NCBI GenBank assembly: GCA_026770705.1
Contig: JANJGN010000003.1
Coordinates: 47,802,001 to 47,866,000 of the forward strand
DNA: 64,000 nt
Direction: 5' to 3'
DNA from: Isurus oxyrinchus
Lineage: Eukaryota
Under the pieces are notes generated by a model. The model was given only the letters and a program-made list of their open reading frames with translations, did no database searches and was not told the DNA's origin. Within the stretch, counting starts at the first letter, position 1. Each line of letters begins with the position of its first letter. The position numbers were made by a program, and so were the translations under genes. Of this stretch, positions 1-12,160 are shown piece by piece.

Positions 1-190
1 TCCTCCCCTAAAGGACATCAGTGAACCAGTTGGATTTTTACAACAATCAACAATGGCTTTATGGTCATCATTAGACTTTTACTTCCAGATTTTTATTGAA
101 TTCAAATTCCACCATCTGCTGGGTCTGCAGGGCATTACCCTGGGTCTCTAGATCACTAGTCCAGCGGCAATACCATTATGTCATCGCCTT
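1..190 (-). mobile_element. HE1-like tRNA-derived SINE, 5' portion (runs off window start)
   Basis: Minus strand reads GGCGATGACATAATGGTATTG..GGACTAGTGATCTAGAGACCCAGGGTAATGC..GATGGTGGAATTTGAATTCAATAAAAATCTGG; collinear with the SINE at 57625-58256. Confidence 0.75.
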
Positions 191-378
191 GCCCCATCCA
201 GATATTTCTCCCCCTCCTTTATGTTGCACAGTGTCTGCAATTCAGCTTCCAGATCAATAATCCTGATCCAGAATTCCTCTCGCTGCTTACACTTTCTGCA
301 AACATGTTTGTCATGGATCACCTCGGCATCCAAAGGTTCCCATATTCCACAGCTGCAACATAACACCTGTCCCGCCAT
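190..378 (-). pseudogene. CR1 LINE ORF1 N-terminal fragment (zinc finger + coiled coil)
   Basis: MAGQVLCCSCGIWE..HVCRKCKQ..RIIDLEAELQTL: paired CxxC followed by a heptad repeat, typical of CR1 ORF1; truncated by the SINE. Confidence 0.7.
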
Positions 379-1714
379 TGTTATTTATGTTATTTAGCTA
401 ACTTAATTTAATTAATCACTTATTTAACTTAGAATAATTCCTATGAATTCCACACTTCTTTCCCCCGTGCATCAAATTCCCATGTGAATCTAATTCGGTA
501 CTAATGTGTCTCACTCCAGCGTAGTCGCCTGTCTCCTCACACACCCCTTACTGAGTCCCGCCTTAGTCATGCAGTTGGTTGTGGTGATTCCCAAATCAAG
601 TGCATTGTCAATTAAGGTTAATGCTGGTTAGAGAGTACTCCAAAGAGATCCCATGGGAAACAAAGCTATCCACCACTCCCCCCACATAGTTCTGATGATG
701 GCCCCACAGTTACCTCACTGTCCACCAGGCGGCCTGACATGAGAAGGCCTCAATCTGAAGGATTACATAGAGATGCCTGCTTGTTGCCCCATAGCACGCT
801 GGCTCAATGCAAATGCGGTGCAAGCTTTTGAGTCGCACACTTATCTTAGTTACCGGTATGGGCACCCGGCTACCACTCTCCACTGGTCGGATGCCCGAAA
901 GTCAAAATCCATCCCCTTTTCCACAGCACTGTTCAATATAGCTTTGTGTCTTGGTTCAGTCCCCATTATCTGAGTGCAAATAAGTGAAGTAAATTGTCTT
1001 TGTTTGACCCAGACCCATCCAGTTTAAAGCAATCCATTACCAGCGACAATAGCAAAATTACAGTTTGGTATTGTTCCCACAGATAATGGAGCATATTTTG
1101 TTTTGAAAAATATGTTCATTTTCATGCCAGACACAATTTGGGATTCAGTGCATAATATAATTAATCTCTCTCACAGCACTACCCTGTAGGTCTGGCCGTA
1201 GCCCCAGTTAAACGATGCTTCTTTTCCCAGTTGTTTTAATGCAATAGAGTATTCATTATATTTAATTATCTAACATTAAATATTTTGACACAGGCATGTC
1301 CTATGACATATTGTGCTACATAATATCCATAGTGGTCTGGTAATCTACTTTTCATTCCATAAGGCAATAGAAAACCTTTTGGCATTCTCAGTGTTTGGCG
1401 CGTTTCTGTTCTATTTTCTCCCTTCCCCTTTTTTTCAGGTTTTCCCATGTCACCCACCAATCATGCATTGGCCATGAGAACAGTTAGGTCAGTTCTCACG
1501 CCTCTCGGAGTCTTGCTCTTTGACAAGCTGCACAAGAGTTGCCTGGGCGATCAACAAATCTAATTATTCTCTCTCTTCCTAAGGGTAAGTGCCTCTGCTA
1601 AACACCTTTCTCCATCAGAATGGCTTATATTGGGAAATTATCTTGTGGAGAGTTGTGGGTGTCAACAATATTAAAGACCAATATGCCCCACCATTTTAAC
1701 ATTCTTTTGTAGTT

Positions 1715-1935
1715 GTTCCACTATTGGCAGCCGTGTCTTGAATTTCCTAGGACATAAACTCCAAAATTCCCTCCCCACCTCGCTCTCATCCTTTAAAACA
1801 CTTCTGAACTCTACTTCCTTGACCAGGCTAGACTAATACCTCGGTTCAGTGTCAAAGTTTGTCTGATAATGAGCTGTAAAGCACCTTGGGACATTTTACT
1901 ACATTAAAGACGTGATATAAATGCAAGTTTTTGAT
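1715..1935 (+). mobile_element. L2-type LINE 3' end fragment
   Basis: Ends TGTAAAGCACCTTGGGACATTTTACTACATTAAAG..ATATAAATGCAAGTT; the same tail occurs on the minus strand near 60505-60555. Confidence 0.6.
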
Positions 1936-2149
1936 GTTATTTTTGTTGGACAGCAAATATTTTCATCAGTATCAAATGTCTCCTTAAACCTTTCTCCCCT
2001 ATACCCTCATCTCATAAAACTGAAAAAAAATTATGGAATTCTTCACCTCTAAGATTGAGACCATCTGCTTCTGCTGCTTCCCTCTCTCCCTTTCAACCAC
2101 TAACTAGACCTCCCCGCAGACTTCGCTCGCCACACCCTCCCAAAACCTG

Positions 2150-2270
2150 GCCCCATTTCTCAATCTACATTACAAGAGTGACGACATTACAAAACTACTT
2201 CATTTCTTGTAAAGCTCTTTGGAACAATCTAAGGTCATGAAAAAGCTGTACAAATACAAGTGTTCCTTTT
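2150..2270 (+). mobile_element. DeuSINE/SacSINE1-like 3' tail fragment
   Basis: GTGACGACATTACAAAACTAC..GTAAAGCTCTTTGGAACA..GTCATGAAAAAG..AAATACAAGT resembles the tails at 57580-57620 and 58590-58680. Confidence 0.5.
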
Positions 2271-2284
2271 CTGCTTTTTGCTCC

Positions 2285-3590
2285 AAATTCATCTTGTCTA
2301 TCAGACTCACCTCCTGCTCCCTTGACTCCATTACACTAAATTGCTGAGTACCCAACTTTCCCTCCTGGCCCCCATGCTAACTGACATTGTATGATTCTTC
2401 TCCTCAGGTACTGTTCTCCTCCTCTTCAAAACTACCATCATCACCTGTGTCCGTAACACTGTAAACCTCTCTGACCTTGCAAGAACTTCATTGAAGTTCT
2501 AAATCCATTCCGAAATTTTGTGCAACTCACTGTTGGAATCTCTCTGCCCCTGCCACTGCATGGAAGCTGGCCCTAACTGAAGTTATAAGTGACATGGTTG
2601 CAACCACAACTATGGTTCATTATCCTTCCTCACCTCAGCAGATGATGGGAGTTGAGAAGGGCTGGATCCATGAGGTAAGTGCTCCTATAGCATTGCTTGT
2701 GAGTTAGGAGGAGCAGGAGCATTTCCTCCACGCCCAACAAACTACCCAGTAAATGCTCCCACTCACTCCTGCAATCTGCCTGCTCCCCCCCGACCAGCAT
2801 CAGACCCCACCTCACCCACCCGACAACTAGCGGACCCTCAATTACCGTCTTCAACCCAGACCACCACCTCCTCCCCTTGGCTACCATTGATACCATCGGC
2901 TACCATCTTCACCCCCCCCAACGATCATCTGCACCCCTAGGCTACCATCTCCTCCCATTGACCACCATCAGACACCCGACCACTACTTCTTTCCCAGGAC
3001 CGCTATTGGATACCCACCCCAACCACCGCTTCCTCCCCCTGACAACCACTGGACAAACCCCAAACCACCGACCAGACACCCCCCCCACTCTAACCACCTT
3101 CAGGCCTCACCCCCAAGCCACCATGTCGAGTTTAGCTATCTCCTGCTAACACTCTCATCCATGCCTTAGTCAAATCCAGAAGTGACTTTTCCTGTAGTCT
3201 CTTCGTCAGTCTTCCATTTTCCTCCCTCCATACCTACAGTTCATTCAAAACATTGCTGCCCAGATCCAAGCCAATACAAACCTTGCTTACTCCATCAGCC
3301 ATGCTCTCACTGACTTATTTTGGCTCCTGATCCTCAGTCAGCTCAAATTTAAATGATCATTCAAACCTATAAATTCCTCAAGGGCTCATCCCTCTCTATC
3401 TCACCACCCAGCCCCTACTGTCCACTGCCACCAACTCTGTGCCCTTCCAACTCTGGTGTCTTGTGCATCTCTTCCCTTCACCCTTCCACTGTTGGTCATA
3501 CCCTGAGGCACCCAAGCATCATGTTCTGGGTTTTCCTCACAAAATCTTTCACCTCTTCAGCAGCCTTAAAACCACTATTGAAAATGGCTG
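2285..3590 (+). mobile_element. Degenerate L2 LINE ORF2 fragments interrupted by a C-rich insert (~2640-3120)
   Basis: SCSLD..TKLL-like coding at ~2310; LIHALVKSR and QFIQNIAAQI-like coding at 3150-3270 (L2 RT C-terminus); many stops. Confidence 0.6.
2760..3120. repeat. C-rich low-complexity tract with CCCCC/GACCACC units
   Basis: Recurrent CCCCC(G/T)AC(C/A)AC motifs; complementary in character to the G-rich tract at 61240-61970. Confidence 0.6.
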
Positions 3591-3611
3591 GGACCTTTTC
3601 CTGCTTTATGG

Positions 3612-4222
3612 TACAATGTTAAAGGCATATGGAATCCTTGGCTTTGTAAGTAGAGGCCCAAAGTACAAAAGCAAAGAAACAATGGTAAACCTTTACAGGA
3701 GACTGGTTATGGGCATCCCACTTTAGAAAGTTTGACGATGCCTTCGAAAGGACGCAGAGGAAATTTACCAGAATGATGAACGAGGAAGAGGCAATACAGT
3801 CATGTGAAGACAATAGAGAATTTAGGGTTGTTCTGCTTGGAACGAAGAAGGTTAAGGGGAAATTTAATAGAGTTGTTCAAAACTATGAGGGGTTTTGATA
3901 GAGTAAATGGGGAAGAACTGTTGCTACTAGCAGGAGGGTTGGTAATCAGAAGACCCTGATTTAAGATAGCGGGTGAATGCGGAAGGATTTTTTTACTTAG
4001 TCAGTTTGATCCGATCTAGAATTCACTGCCTGAAAGGGTGGTGTGAGTAAATTCAATAGTAACTGTCAAAAGGGAATTCATACAAACTTAAAGGAAAGAA
4101 AAAAATTGTAATTTTCACAACAGCGAAGGAACAGGAAGTGGAATTAATTGGATACCCTTTCAAATAGTCGGCACAGGCACAAAGGGTCAAATGGTCTCCT
4201 GTGCTGTATGATTCTATGATAA
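3612..4222 (+). mobile_element. CR1 LINE 3' fragment (degenerate)
   Basis: KAYGILGFVSRGPKYKSKETMVNLYRRLV (CR1 RT C-terminus); ATTCTATG-type tail. Confidence 0.85.
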
Positions 4223-4361
4223 ATATAAACTGCTTTTTTATTTCCTTCTCTGCACTAAATGGTAAAAAAAACTTCAAAAAGAAACTAATTTAATCCTAAA
4301 GACTACTTTTCCCTATGTGCAAATTTTAATTTTTAATTAGACTGCTATTAGAAACCAATGA

Positions 4362-4946
4362 CAACGTGTAGAACCTTGGTGAGGCCACAGCTGGAGCACT
4401 GTGTGCAGTTCTGGTCACCACATTATAGGAAGGATGTGATTGCATTGGAGGGGGTGCAGAGGAGACTCACCAGGATGTTGCCTGGGCTGAAACATTTAAG
4501 TTATGAAGTGAGGTTAGATAGATTCGGCCTGTTTTTGTTGGAGCAGAGAAGACTGAGGGGAGACCTGATCAAGGTGTACAAGATTATGAGGGGCATGGAC
4601 AGGGTGGATAGGGAGCAGCTGTTCCCCTTAGTTGAAGGGTCAGTCACAAGGAGACATAAGTTCAAGGTGAGAGGCAGGGGGTTTAGGGGGATGTGAGGAA
4701 AAACTTTTTTACCCAGAAGGTGGTGACGGTCTGGAATGCACTGCCTGGGAGGGTGGTGGAGACCAGTTGCCTCACATCCTTTTAAAAAGTACCTGGATGA
4801 GCACTTGGCACGTCATAACATTCAAGGCTATGGGCCAAGTGCTGGTAAATGGAATTAGGTAGGTAGGTCAGGGGTTTCTCACGTGTCGGTGCAGATTCGA
4901 AAGGCTGAAGGGCTTCTTCTGCACTGTGTGATTCTGTGATTTTGTG
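4362..4946 (+). mobile_element. CR1 LINE 3' fragment
   Basis: TLVRPQLEHCVQFWSPHYRKDVIALEGVQRR..RRLRGDLIKVYKI; (GATTCTGT)-like tail. Confidence 0.9.
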
Positions 4947-5125
4947 ACATATTAGTAAAATAATTTTGCTTTGGCTCTACGCAGAGAACAATATACCTTT
5001 AACTTTCTTCAATGGTTTGATTTTTACTTAGGCTACATTTTACTCAAAATGATTCAAGTAGATTCAATCACCAAAAAGGTATCACTTAGTTTATGCCCAC
5101 CTACACAATCACAAACACACAGACG

Positions 5126-6454
5126 GGGCAGAATTTTCTGCTTGACCTTTGGGGGGGCGGGCCCCGCACATCAGCGCGTAAAATGACTCACGGTGATGTC
5201 GGGTGAGTGTCCCGATGTCACCGCGCACCATCACGATATTTCACTGGGCGGGTGTGCGATGAAGTTTGATGCGTGCTCGCCATTAACTAATGGGCTAGTT
5301 AAGCCCCTTAATTCACCAATTGACAGTGATTTTCAGGCGCCCATGCAATTTTTGGGTCGGTGCACAGGTGCAACGGGCAGGCGGGTAAGAGACCTTTTAA
5401 TTAACCTCATCCACAGGCGGGATAAGAGGGCTTAGTGGGGTTGTGAATCTGGTCTGTGAAGTATTTATTGGAGTAAGTTTTTAAACTTGCCTGCGTGATC
5501 TACAGCAGCTTAGAATGAATGCCAGCAGCTTTCTGTGTACTTTGAACCTTCAGCTCAGCACTCTGCAGTCAGGAATCTTTATCGGGCCTGCAGCTTTCCG
5601 GAGGCCTCCCTTTGGCCTGGGTATGGGTTCTGACATGTCCGCTGGAGGCAGTTTCTCTGAGGAAGAAGGGATGGCTAGAATAAGGAGAAGGCCAGGAGTC
5701 CACATTCAGCCTCCAGGGGAGCCAGTTTTGAGAGCACAGGCGCAGACACAAGGGGTGCAGAGCCAAAAGGTTGTCCAAGGTGGAAGGGGTCACAGACGAC
5801 GCCACTATCCTGCTGCCAGAGTATATAGTCATCAAAGCAGCTACCTCAATATGACTGAGGTGCCGTGCCGAAGGAGGCTCCGACCGTCAAGGGAGACAGT
5901 CAACTACATCTGGCAGATGATTGACCCTGAGATCTCTCCTAACTGTGTGGGTGGACACCCCATGCCAATAGCTCTAAAGGTCACAGCTGCTCTCAACTTC
6001 TATGCCTCTGGCTCCTGGGTTGGTGGTTGTGGGGGGTGGGGGGGGTGAGAGTAAGGGGGTCAGCAGCAAGGGCAGGGGTTGGCTCTCAGTGGGTCTCTCC
6101 TCACTTCCCGATGCTGGGTCTCTCAGTCAGGAGCTGAGTTCCTTTGAGCAAGGGACTCCCAAGATGCCCACAAGCAACTCTGACAGAGTTTGCTTTTCGG
6201 GCTTCCCGCACGGTGAGTCCTCTTGGCCCGCCACTGGATGAATACCAGCGGTAGCATGATGAGGCTCTTCAGTGGGCATTTATGGACTTCAATTGGCGGT
6301 GGGGTGGGAAGGCTGTCCACGAGCCTTCCTGGACGTAATAGGGGCAGAGTCGGGAAAGTGGCAAGATCCCCACTCACCACCGTCTTGCCCGATTAAATGA
6401 GGTGCTCCCACCGGCCAACAAACTCAGCTTGAGGAAGGGCCTAAAATTTTGCTC
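5126..6454 (+). mobile_element. Internally deleted PIF/Harbinger element (family A)
   Basis: TIRs GGGCAGAATTTT ... AAAATTTTGCTC; flanks ACG/ACA; retains the transposase 5' part. Confidence 0.8.
5623..6015 (+). pseudogene. Harbinger transposase N-terminal remnant
   Basis: HYPAARVYSHQSSYLNMTEVPCRRRLRPSRETV..GGHPMPIALKVTAALNFYASGS, collinear with the 34114-35349 protein; stops before the catalytic core. Confidence 0.85.
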
Positions 6455-7859
6455 ACAGTAACCACAATAACACACATAATTGCAGACACACACACACACA
6501 GTGTGCTGAGAATTGGACTCTCAAGGCTTTGTTGATGGTCTATTTGTTACGTTATGAATGAATGGAAAGGCTAGCGGCATACATTCTGTACCAGGGCAGT
6601 GACTCATACTGCGAAATGGTTCCACTGGGCCCAGTGACCCTCCTTCATATTGTCAACACAGTAATTTGATCACAGTATTTCAATGATGTTTTGACAATTA
6701 GTCTCCAATAACTTATTGTTTTTAGAATTTTAAATGATGTATTTCCTATTTCAAAATAACCTACTGCTATTACTTTAATTTGGCTTTGCTTCCTTTCGTG
6801 CTGCACCCCAATTAAATACAAGTAACCCTTTGTACTAATGTGATAATAGTGGAATAACAAGCTGCACTGGTACCACAGCACACTGAGGCCTGTCTCAATA
6901 GCTTCAAATTACTTCTGTTTTTTTATCTCATTGAAATATGAACAAAAGGAAACAGATTCAATGTTTGCAGTGTATTTCCTTACTTGTAGTGATCTGTTCC
7001 CTCTGCCCATTTTCCTCTTCCTTCAGTCTGCCATTCCCTTCTACATTTCCACTTATAACTATTACTTAACTGTATCTTTACTCCCCTGCATACACGTTAC
7101 TGTCGCCATTATGATAAAAGCTGCTGTTGATATGGGTTTTACATTTCTCTACTTTAACAGATTGATTGGTCATCAATTAATCAACATTGAAATGTTATTT
7201 TCATCTGGTAGAATTAAAGAATAAAATTAAAACTGATGGCGCAGGACTGCACCCACAACCCTTCCTGCCCCATCAGCAGGTTGTCCTGATTGTTGGGTCC
7301 TCACTCCAAGCACCAGTTCCTTCACCCATCCCCCACTCCTCTGAAACACCAGCCTGTACCTCATTGCCAGCTAGTTGTTGTATTCAATTGTTCAGTGTTT
7401 GATTATATGTTTAGGTGTAGAACCTGTTGTGTGTCATCTCTGCACACCTCCAAGGCACACAATGCGAGGACTTCGGGCTTGAGAGAAATTAAGAGCAATA
7501 GGTCTGAAGATATTAGAGTCAATATTAAGGCCAGAGGGCTGAAAAGTGTCTGTGTTGTTTGATCCTGTATTTCCAGAGGCCCATTTTCACAGGCCCATTT
7601 CTTTTCACAGCACTGGTCTCCAGCTCCACTTACCTTTTTGTTATCTGGTGATCTGCACCCTGGATGTTTTACTGGTTTGTAACCCAGTGATTTTACCTTG
7701 GGTGCAGCATGTATTCTATCCCCCAGGTGTCTTTATTCTGCATGGAGTAATTAAGGTGGCTGACTGTTAGTGTCCATGAAATTGAGATGACCCTTAACTC
7801 TGAGCTAGTTCACAGGATTGTCCTGCTACATAATGATGTATTATTCATCATGTCCTTAT

Positions 7860-8830
7860 AAAATCATAGAATGATATGGCACAGAAGGAGAGCATTTGGC
7901 ACATGCCAGCTCTTTGAAAGAAGTGTCCATTCCCCTACTCTTTTCCCAATTCCCTGCAAATTTTTCCCCTTCAATATTTATCCAAGTTCCTTTTGAAAGT
8001 AATTATTGATTTGCTTCCACACTTCTTTCAGGCAATGCAGTCCAAATCATTGCAACCTACTGCATAAAATAAATCTTCTAATATTGCTTCTGTTTCTCTT
8101 TCCAATCTCAACAAAACTGTGCCTTTTAGTTAGCAACCATCGGCCACTGGAAACAGTTCCTCCTTATTTACTCTGTTAAAACTCATCATGATTTGGAGCA
8201 CCTCTATTAAATCTCCCCTTAGCCTTCTCTGCTCAAAGTCAACTTTGCCAGTCCCGCAACATAATTTAAGTCTTTCATCCTGAGCACAATTCTAATAAAT
8301 CTCTTCTGCATGCTCTCTAATGCTGAGACATCCAGCCTGAAGTGTGGTGCCCCACAGTGAATACAATACTCCCACTGGGGCCTAACCAGAAATTTATAGA
8401 GGGTTAGCATAATTTCCTTGCATGTGTCCTCTACAGCTCTATTTATAAAGCCAAGGATCCCACATTTTTTTCTAAATAGCCTTCTCAACTTGTCCTATCA
8501 CATTCAAAGTATTTACACCCTCGATTTCTTCCTACCAAAATGCATCACTTCACAGCTCTCTGCATCAAATTTCATCTGCCATGTATCTGCCCATTGCACC
8601 AGGTGATGCCTATTTCGAGTCTCTTATTGTTTTTCCTATTGTTTACGACATTTCCAATTTTTCTGTCATCTGCAAACTTTGAAATTATACCCAGTATACC
8701 CAAGTCCAGGTTATTTACATGCATGAAAGAGCAGTGGTCCTAATGCTGACTCCTGTGGAGTATGCCTGCCTCCAGTCTGGGAAGCAACCATTCATCACTA
8801 CTCGTGTTTTCTATCAATGAGCAAATTTCA
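7860..8830 (-). mobile_element. CR1 LINE 3' fragment
   Basis: GILGFINRAVED..LYKFLVRPQWEYC; KFADD motif near 8665-8680 on the minus strand. Confidence 0.85.
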
Positions 8831-10179
8831 TTTCCACTCTAATCGGGACATTAGTTGTCTTTCTAGAAATGTCTCGGAGAGTCCTGCCGCTCTTCTCCAA
8901 TGGTCCCTGAAGTCAGTGGTGCTAACTGCAGAAGACAGTGGGCTGCCAGGCACAGCTCTTCCTGTAGTCATTTACACTTGCTGAAGTATTGCACGGGCAA
9001 ACTGGTAGCCTTGCCTGCTAGGGAGGAGGATGAAGAGAGTCTGGGAAAGGGCCAGGATGATGCAATGCCTAATTTTCCTCCACTAAAATGCCCAATTTCA
9101 GGGGACAAAGTCAAGGAACACTCAGCTGATGGCGTTGCCATGAGAAACAGTCTGCCATGACACTGCCCCTGGACATTGCCTCAGCCTTTCTGTGAGAGCA
9201 GAATCTTCAGCAGTAATGAGATTTGTGGAGCCTGTAGAAATGCTCTCTAAAACTAAATCTCATGCTGTTATACATAATTAAGAATTTATACATATAAATT
9301 GTGTTTATTTAATTATCTAGTTGACCATAAACAATTTGGACAAATAAGTTAGATTTCAATAAAGAAAAACTAAATTCAGAATGATTTAACTAAAGTATTT
9401 TACATCTGATTACACAATACAAGGCAAAAACAGAGTTTATCACAAACTTAATGGCATATCTGTGTTACCATGAATGAAGTCCAGACTTCTCAGTACATTT
9501 AAGAATGCAGATATAGTTTGTGGTCTCTCACAGTAGCAGATTAAAGCTTCTACACAGGGATGGAGAATTATTGAATAAAAAAAATTCCCCCCTCCTTCAT
9601 CTATGAGGCACTAAATGATTCCTTGATATTGATCTGCAGTAAGATCAGACTATTAAGGAGAATTAAGTTGTCACCCTTCATGTTTTTCAACTGTCTGCTC
9701 TTAGATATAGCTACCTGTCATGACAAAAGTACAATTCCTCAGCATTTTGAGTACAAGCATCACTTCACTGTACTATTAAATGTTTAAGAGACTTGTTGAT
9801 TGTTTAATAGAACTGCTTAATATGCAAAGCAGGCTGGGAAGAGAGGCTTTTGTTTGAATGCTGAATTCTTTGACTACATGAAAACGTTGACATGCATAAT
9901 GGAATCAGTCAGCCATCATAACAATGACAGTTTTCACAATGTTTCAACACTTCTCAATGGAATACACTAGACAAATCCAGTGGGTTTTGCTGTATTTCTC
10001 CCCTGAGTATCTGTGGATGTCTCGTTATAAAAGGCATGACCTCTGAAATTACCACTCTATGAAGAAAGCTGGAAGTGTCTGGTGCTCTGTAAGTGAGTTG
10101 TACCAGCAGCTGTGCTTTTGTTTGTAAGAATGATTCCTCCTTGTTCCCTCTTTACATTGAAATCAAAAGTCAAGAATCA

Positions 10180-11310
10180 AGGCAGTATTTGACTGATTGT
10201 GGCACCAAGCAGCCTTATTAAAACTGGAGTCAATGGGAATCAGGGGGAAAGTCCTCTGATGGTTGGAGTCATACCTAGCACAAAGGAAGATGGTTGTGGT
10301 TGTTGGAGGTCAGTCATCTCAGTCCTAGGACATTTCTGCAGGAGTTCCTCAGGATCATGTCCTAGGCACAACCATCTTCACCTGCTTCATCAATGACCTT
10401 CCCTCCATCATAATGTCAGAAGTGGGTGTGTTCGCTGATGATTGTACAATGTTCAGCACCATCCATGACTCCTCAGATACTGAAGCAGTCTGTGCCCAAA
10501 TAAATCAAGACCTGGACAGTATTCAGACTTGGGCTGACAAGTGGCAAGTAACATTCATGCCACACAAGTGTCAGGCAATGAACATCTCCACCAAGAGAGA
10601 ATCCAACCATCTCTCCTTGATATTCATTGGCATTATCATCACTGAATCCCCCACTACCAATTTCCAGTGGGTTACCACTGACCAGAAACTGAACTGGACC
10701 TGCCATATAAATAGTGTGGTTACAAGAGCAGGTCAGAGGTTCGGAATTCTGCATCTCCTGACTTCCCAAAGCCTGTCCACCATAGGCACAGGTCAGGACT
10801 GTAATGGAATGTTCGCCACTTCCCTGGTTGAGTGCAACTCCAATAACACTCAAGAAGCTTGTCACCATCCAGGGCAAAGCAGCCCGCTTGATTGACACCC
10901 CATCCACTACCTTCAACATTCACTCCCTCTACCACTGATGCACAGTGACAGTACCATCTACAAGATGCACTGCAGCTACTCACCAAGTCTCTTTTGACAC
11001 CACCTTTCAAACCCACGGCCTCTAACATCTAGAAGGACAAGGACAATAAACACCTGGGAACACCACCACCTGCATGCTCTCCTCCAAGCCACTCACCATC
11101 CTGACTTGGAACTATATCGCTGTTCCTTCACTGTAGCGGAGTCAAAATCCTGGAACTGCCTTCCTAATAGTACTGTGGGTGTACCTGCACCAGATGGATT
11201 GCAACAGTTCCAGAAGGCGACTCACCACAACCTTCTCACGGGCAATTAGGGATGGGCAATAAATTGTGGCCTAGTCAGCGACACCCATTTCTCACGAAAA
11301 GTTTTTAAAA
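10180..11310 (+). mobile_element. HER1-like LINE (CR1 clade), 5'-truncated
   Basis: RT motif VGVFADDCTMF..WADKWQVTFMPHKCQ; 3' tail AAGGCGACTCACCACAACCTTCTCACGGGCAATTAGGGATGGGCAATAAA shared with the HE1-like SINE. Confidence 0.88.
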
Positions 11311-12160
11311 CCCATCACACCTGTAACTCATTCTTTCCCAGAGTTTCAAAATGGTGCAATTTCCTCAGTCTTCCCCTCCTCCTACCAACCTATAGGCTTT
11401 ACAACCAAGCTCTACACCACCTAACCACTAATATCGGATGTAACTTGTCCTCACCCACACTTTCCTGTTCTGTTGAAGTTTTTCACAATAGGCTGAAGCT
11501 GATCAGCTAGGTCTCCTCAATAGAAGCATTTTAAAGGCCCAGACTTTCCTACCAGGAACCTTCAAATTTCATGAAAAAGAGGAAATTATGGATTAAGTGA
11601 TTTATGTCATGAATGATGTCACTGCCTATTTTTCCTGGGACTGATACACTTGCTGCAGGCAATTAGAGGGTAATGCCATAATTCCAACTCATTGAAATTA
11701 ATGGTGATCATAGTTCACCTGCATTTAAACCACCTTTTCCACCTTGCTACCACTTAACTGAAAAATAATAGTACTGGACTAATTCGTGATTCTGATGCAA
11801 ATTGTATCCAAAATTGTATTTGTTTCAAAAAATAAACGGTCACCTCCCACCCGTCTCGGCCTTATTTTCATATCGGTGAATGCAGGGTTTGCCCTGAGCC
11901 AGTAGAATTGTTCCTACATATTTAAAAGTGGTAACTTAGTGTTCTCAGCACCTTCCTTTACAGTGGCAAGGCCTGGACAGTTTAGTCAAACCAAGAAGAG
12001 CAGCTGAGCACCTTCCTCCGCTGCCTCAAACAAATATTGGACATCTCCTGACAGGACCAAGCGTCAAATATGGAAGTACACCAGTGTGCAGGGATCCCCA
12101 GCATTTTTGCCTTCTTGAGTCAGCGGCAACTCTGTTGGCTGGGTCATGTGAGCCAATGGA

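Noticed and set aside
690-905. Hammerhead formed from CTGATGA (692) and GAAAGTC (897)
   Set aside because: The boxes are ~200 nt apart, and the 860-896 hairpin is not preceded by a CUGANGA box; no coherent stems.
6931-7224. Hydrophobic 97-aa ORF, also 30686-31605 and 51234-51503
   Set aside because: Non-ATG starts or T-rich composition and no recognisable domain; 30686-31605 spans PLE 3' UTR and CR1 antisense.
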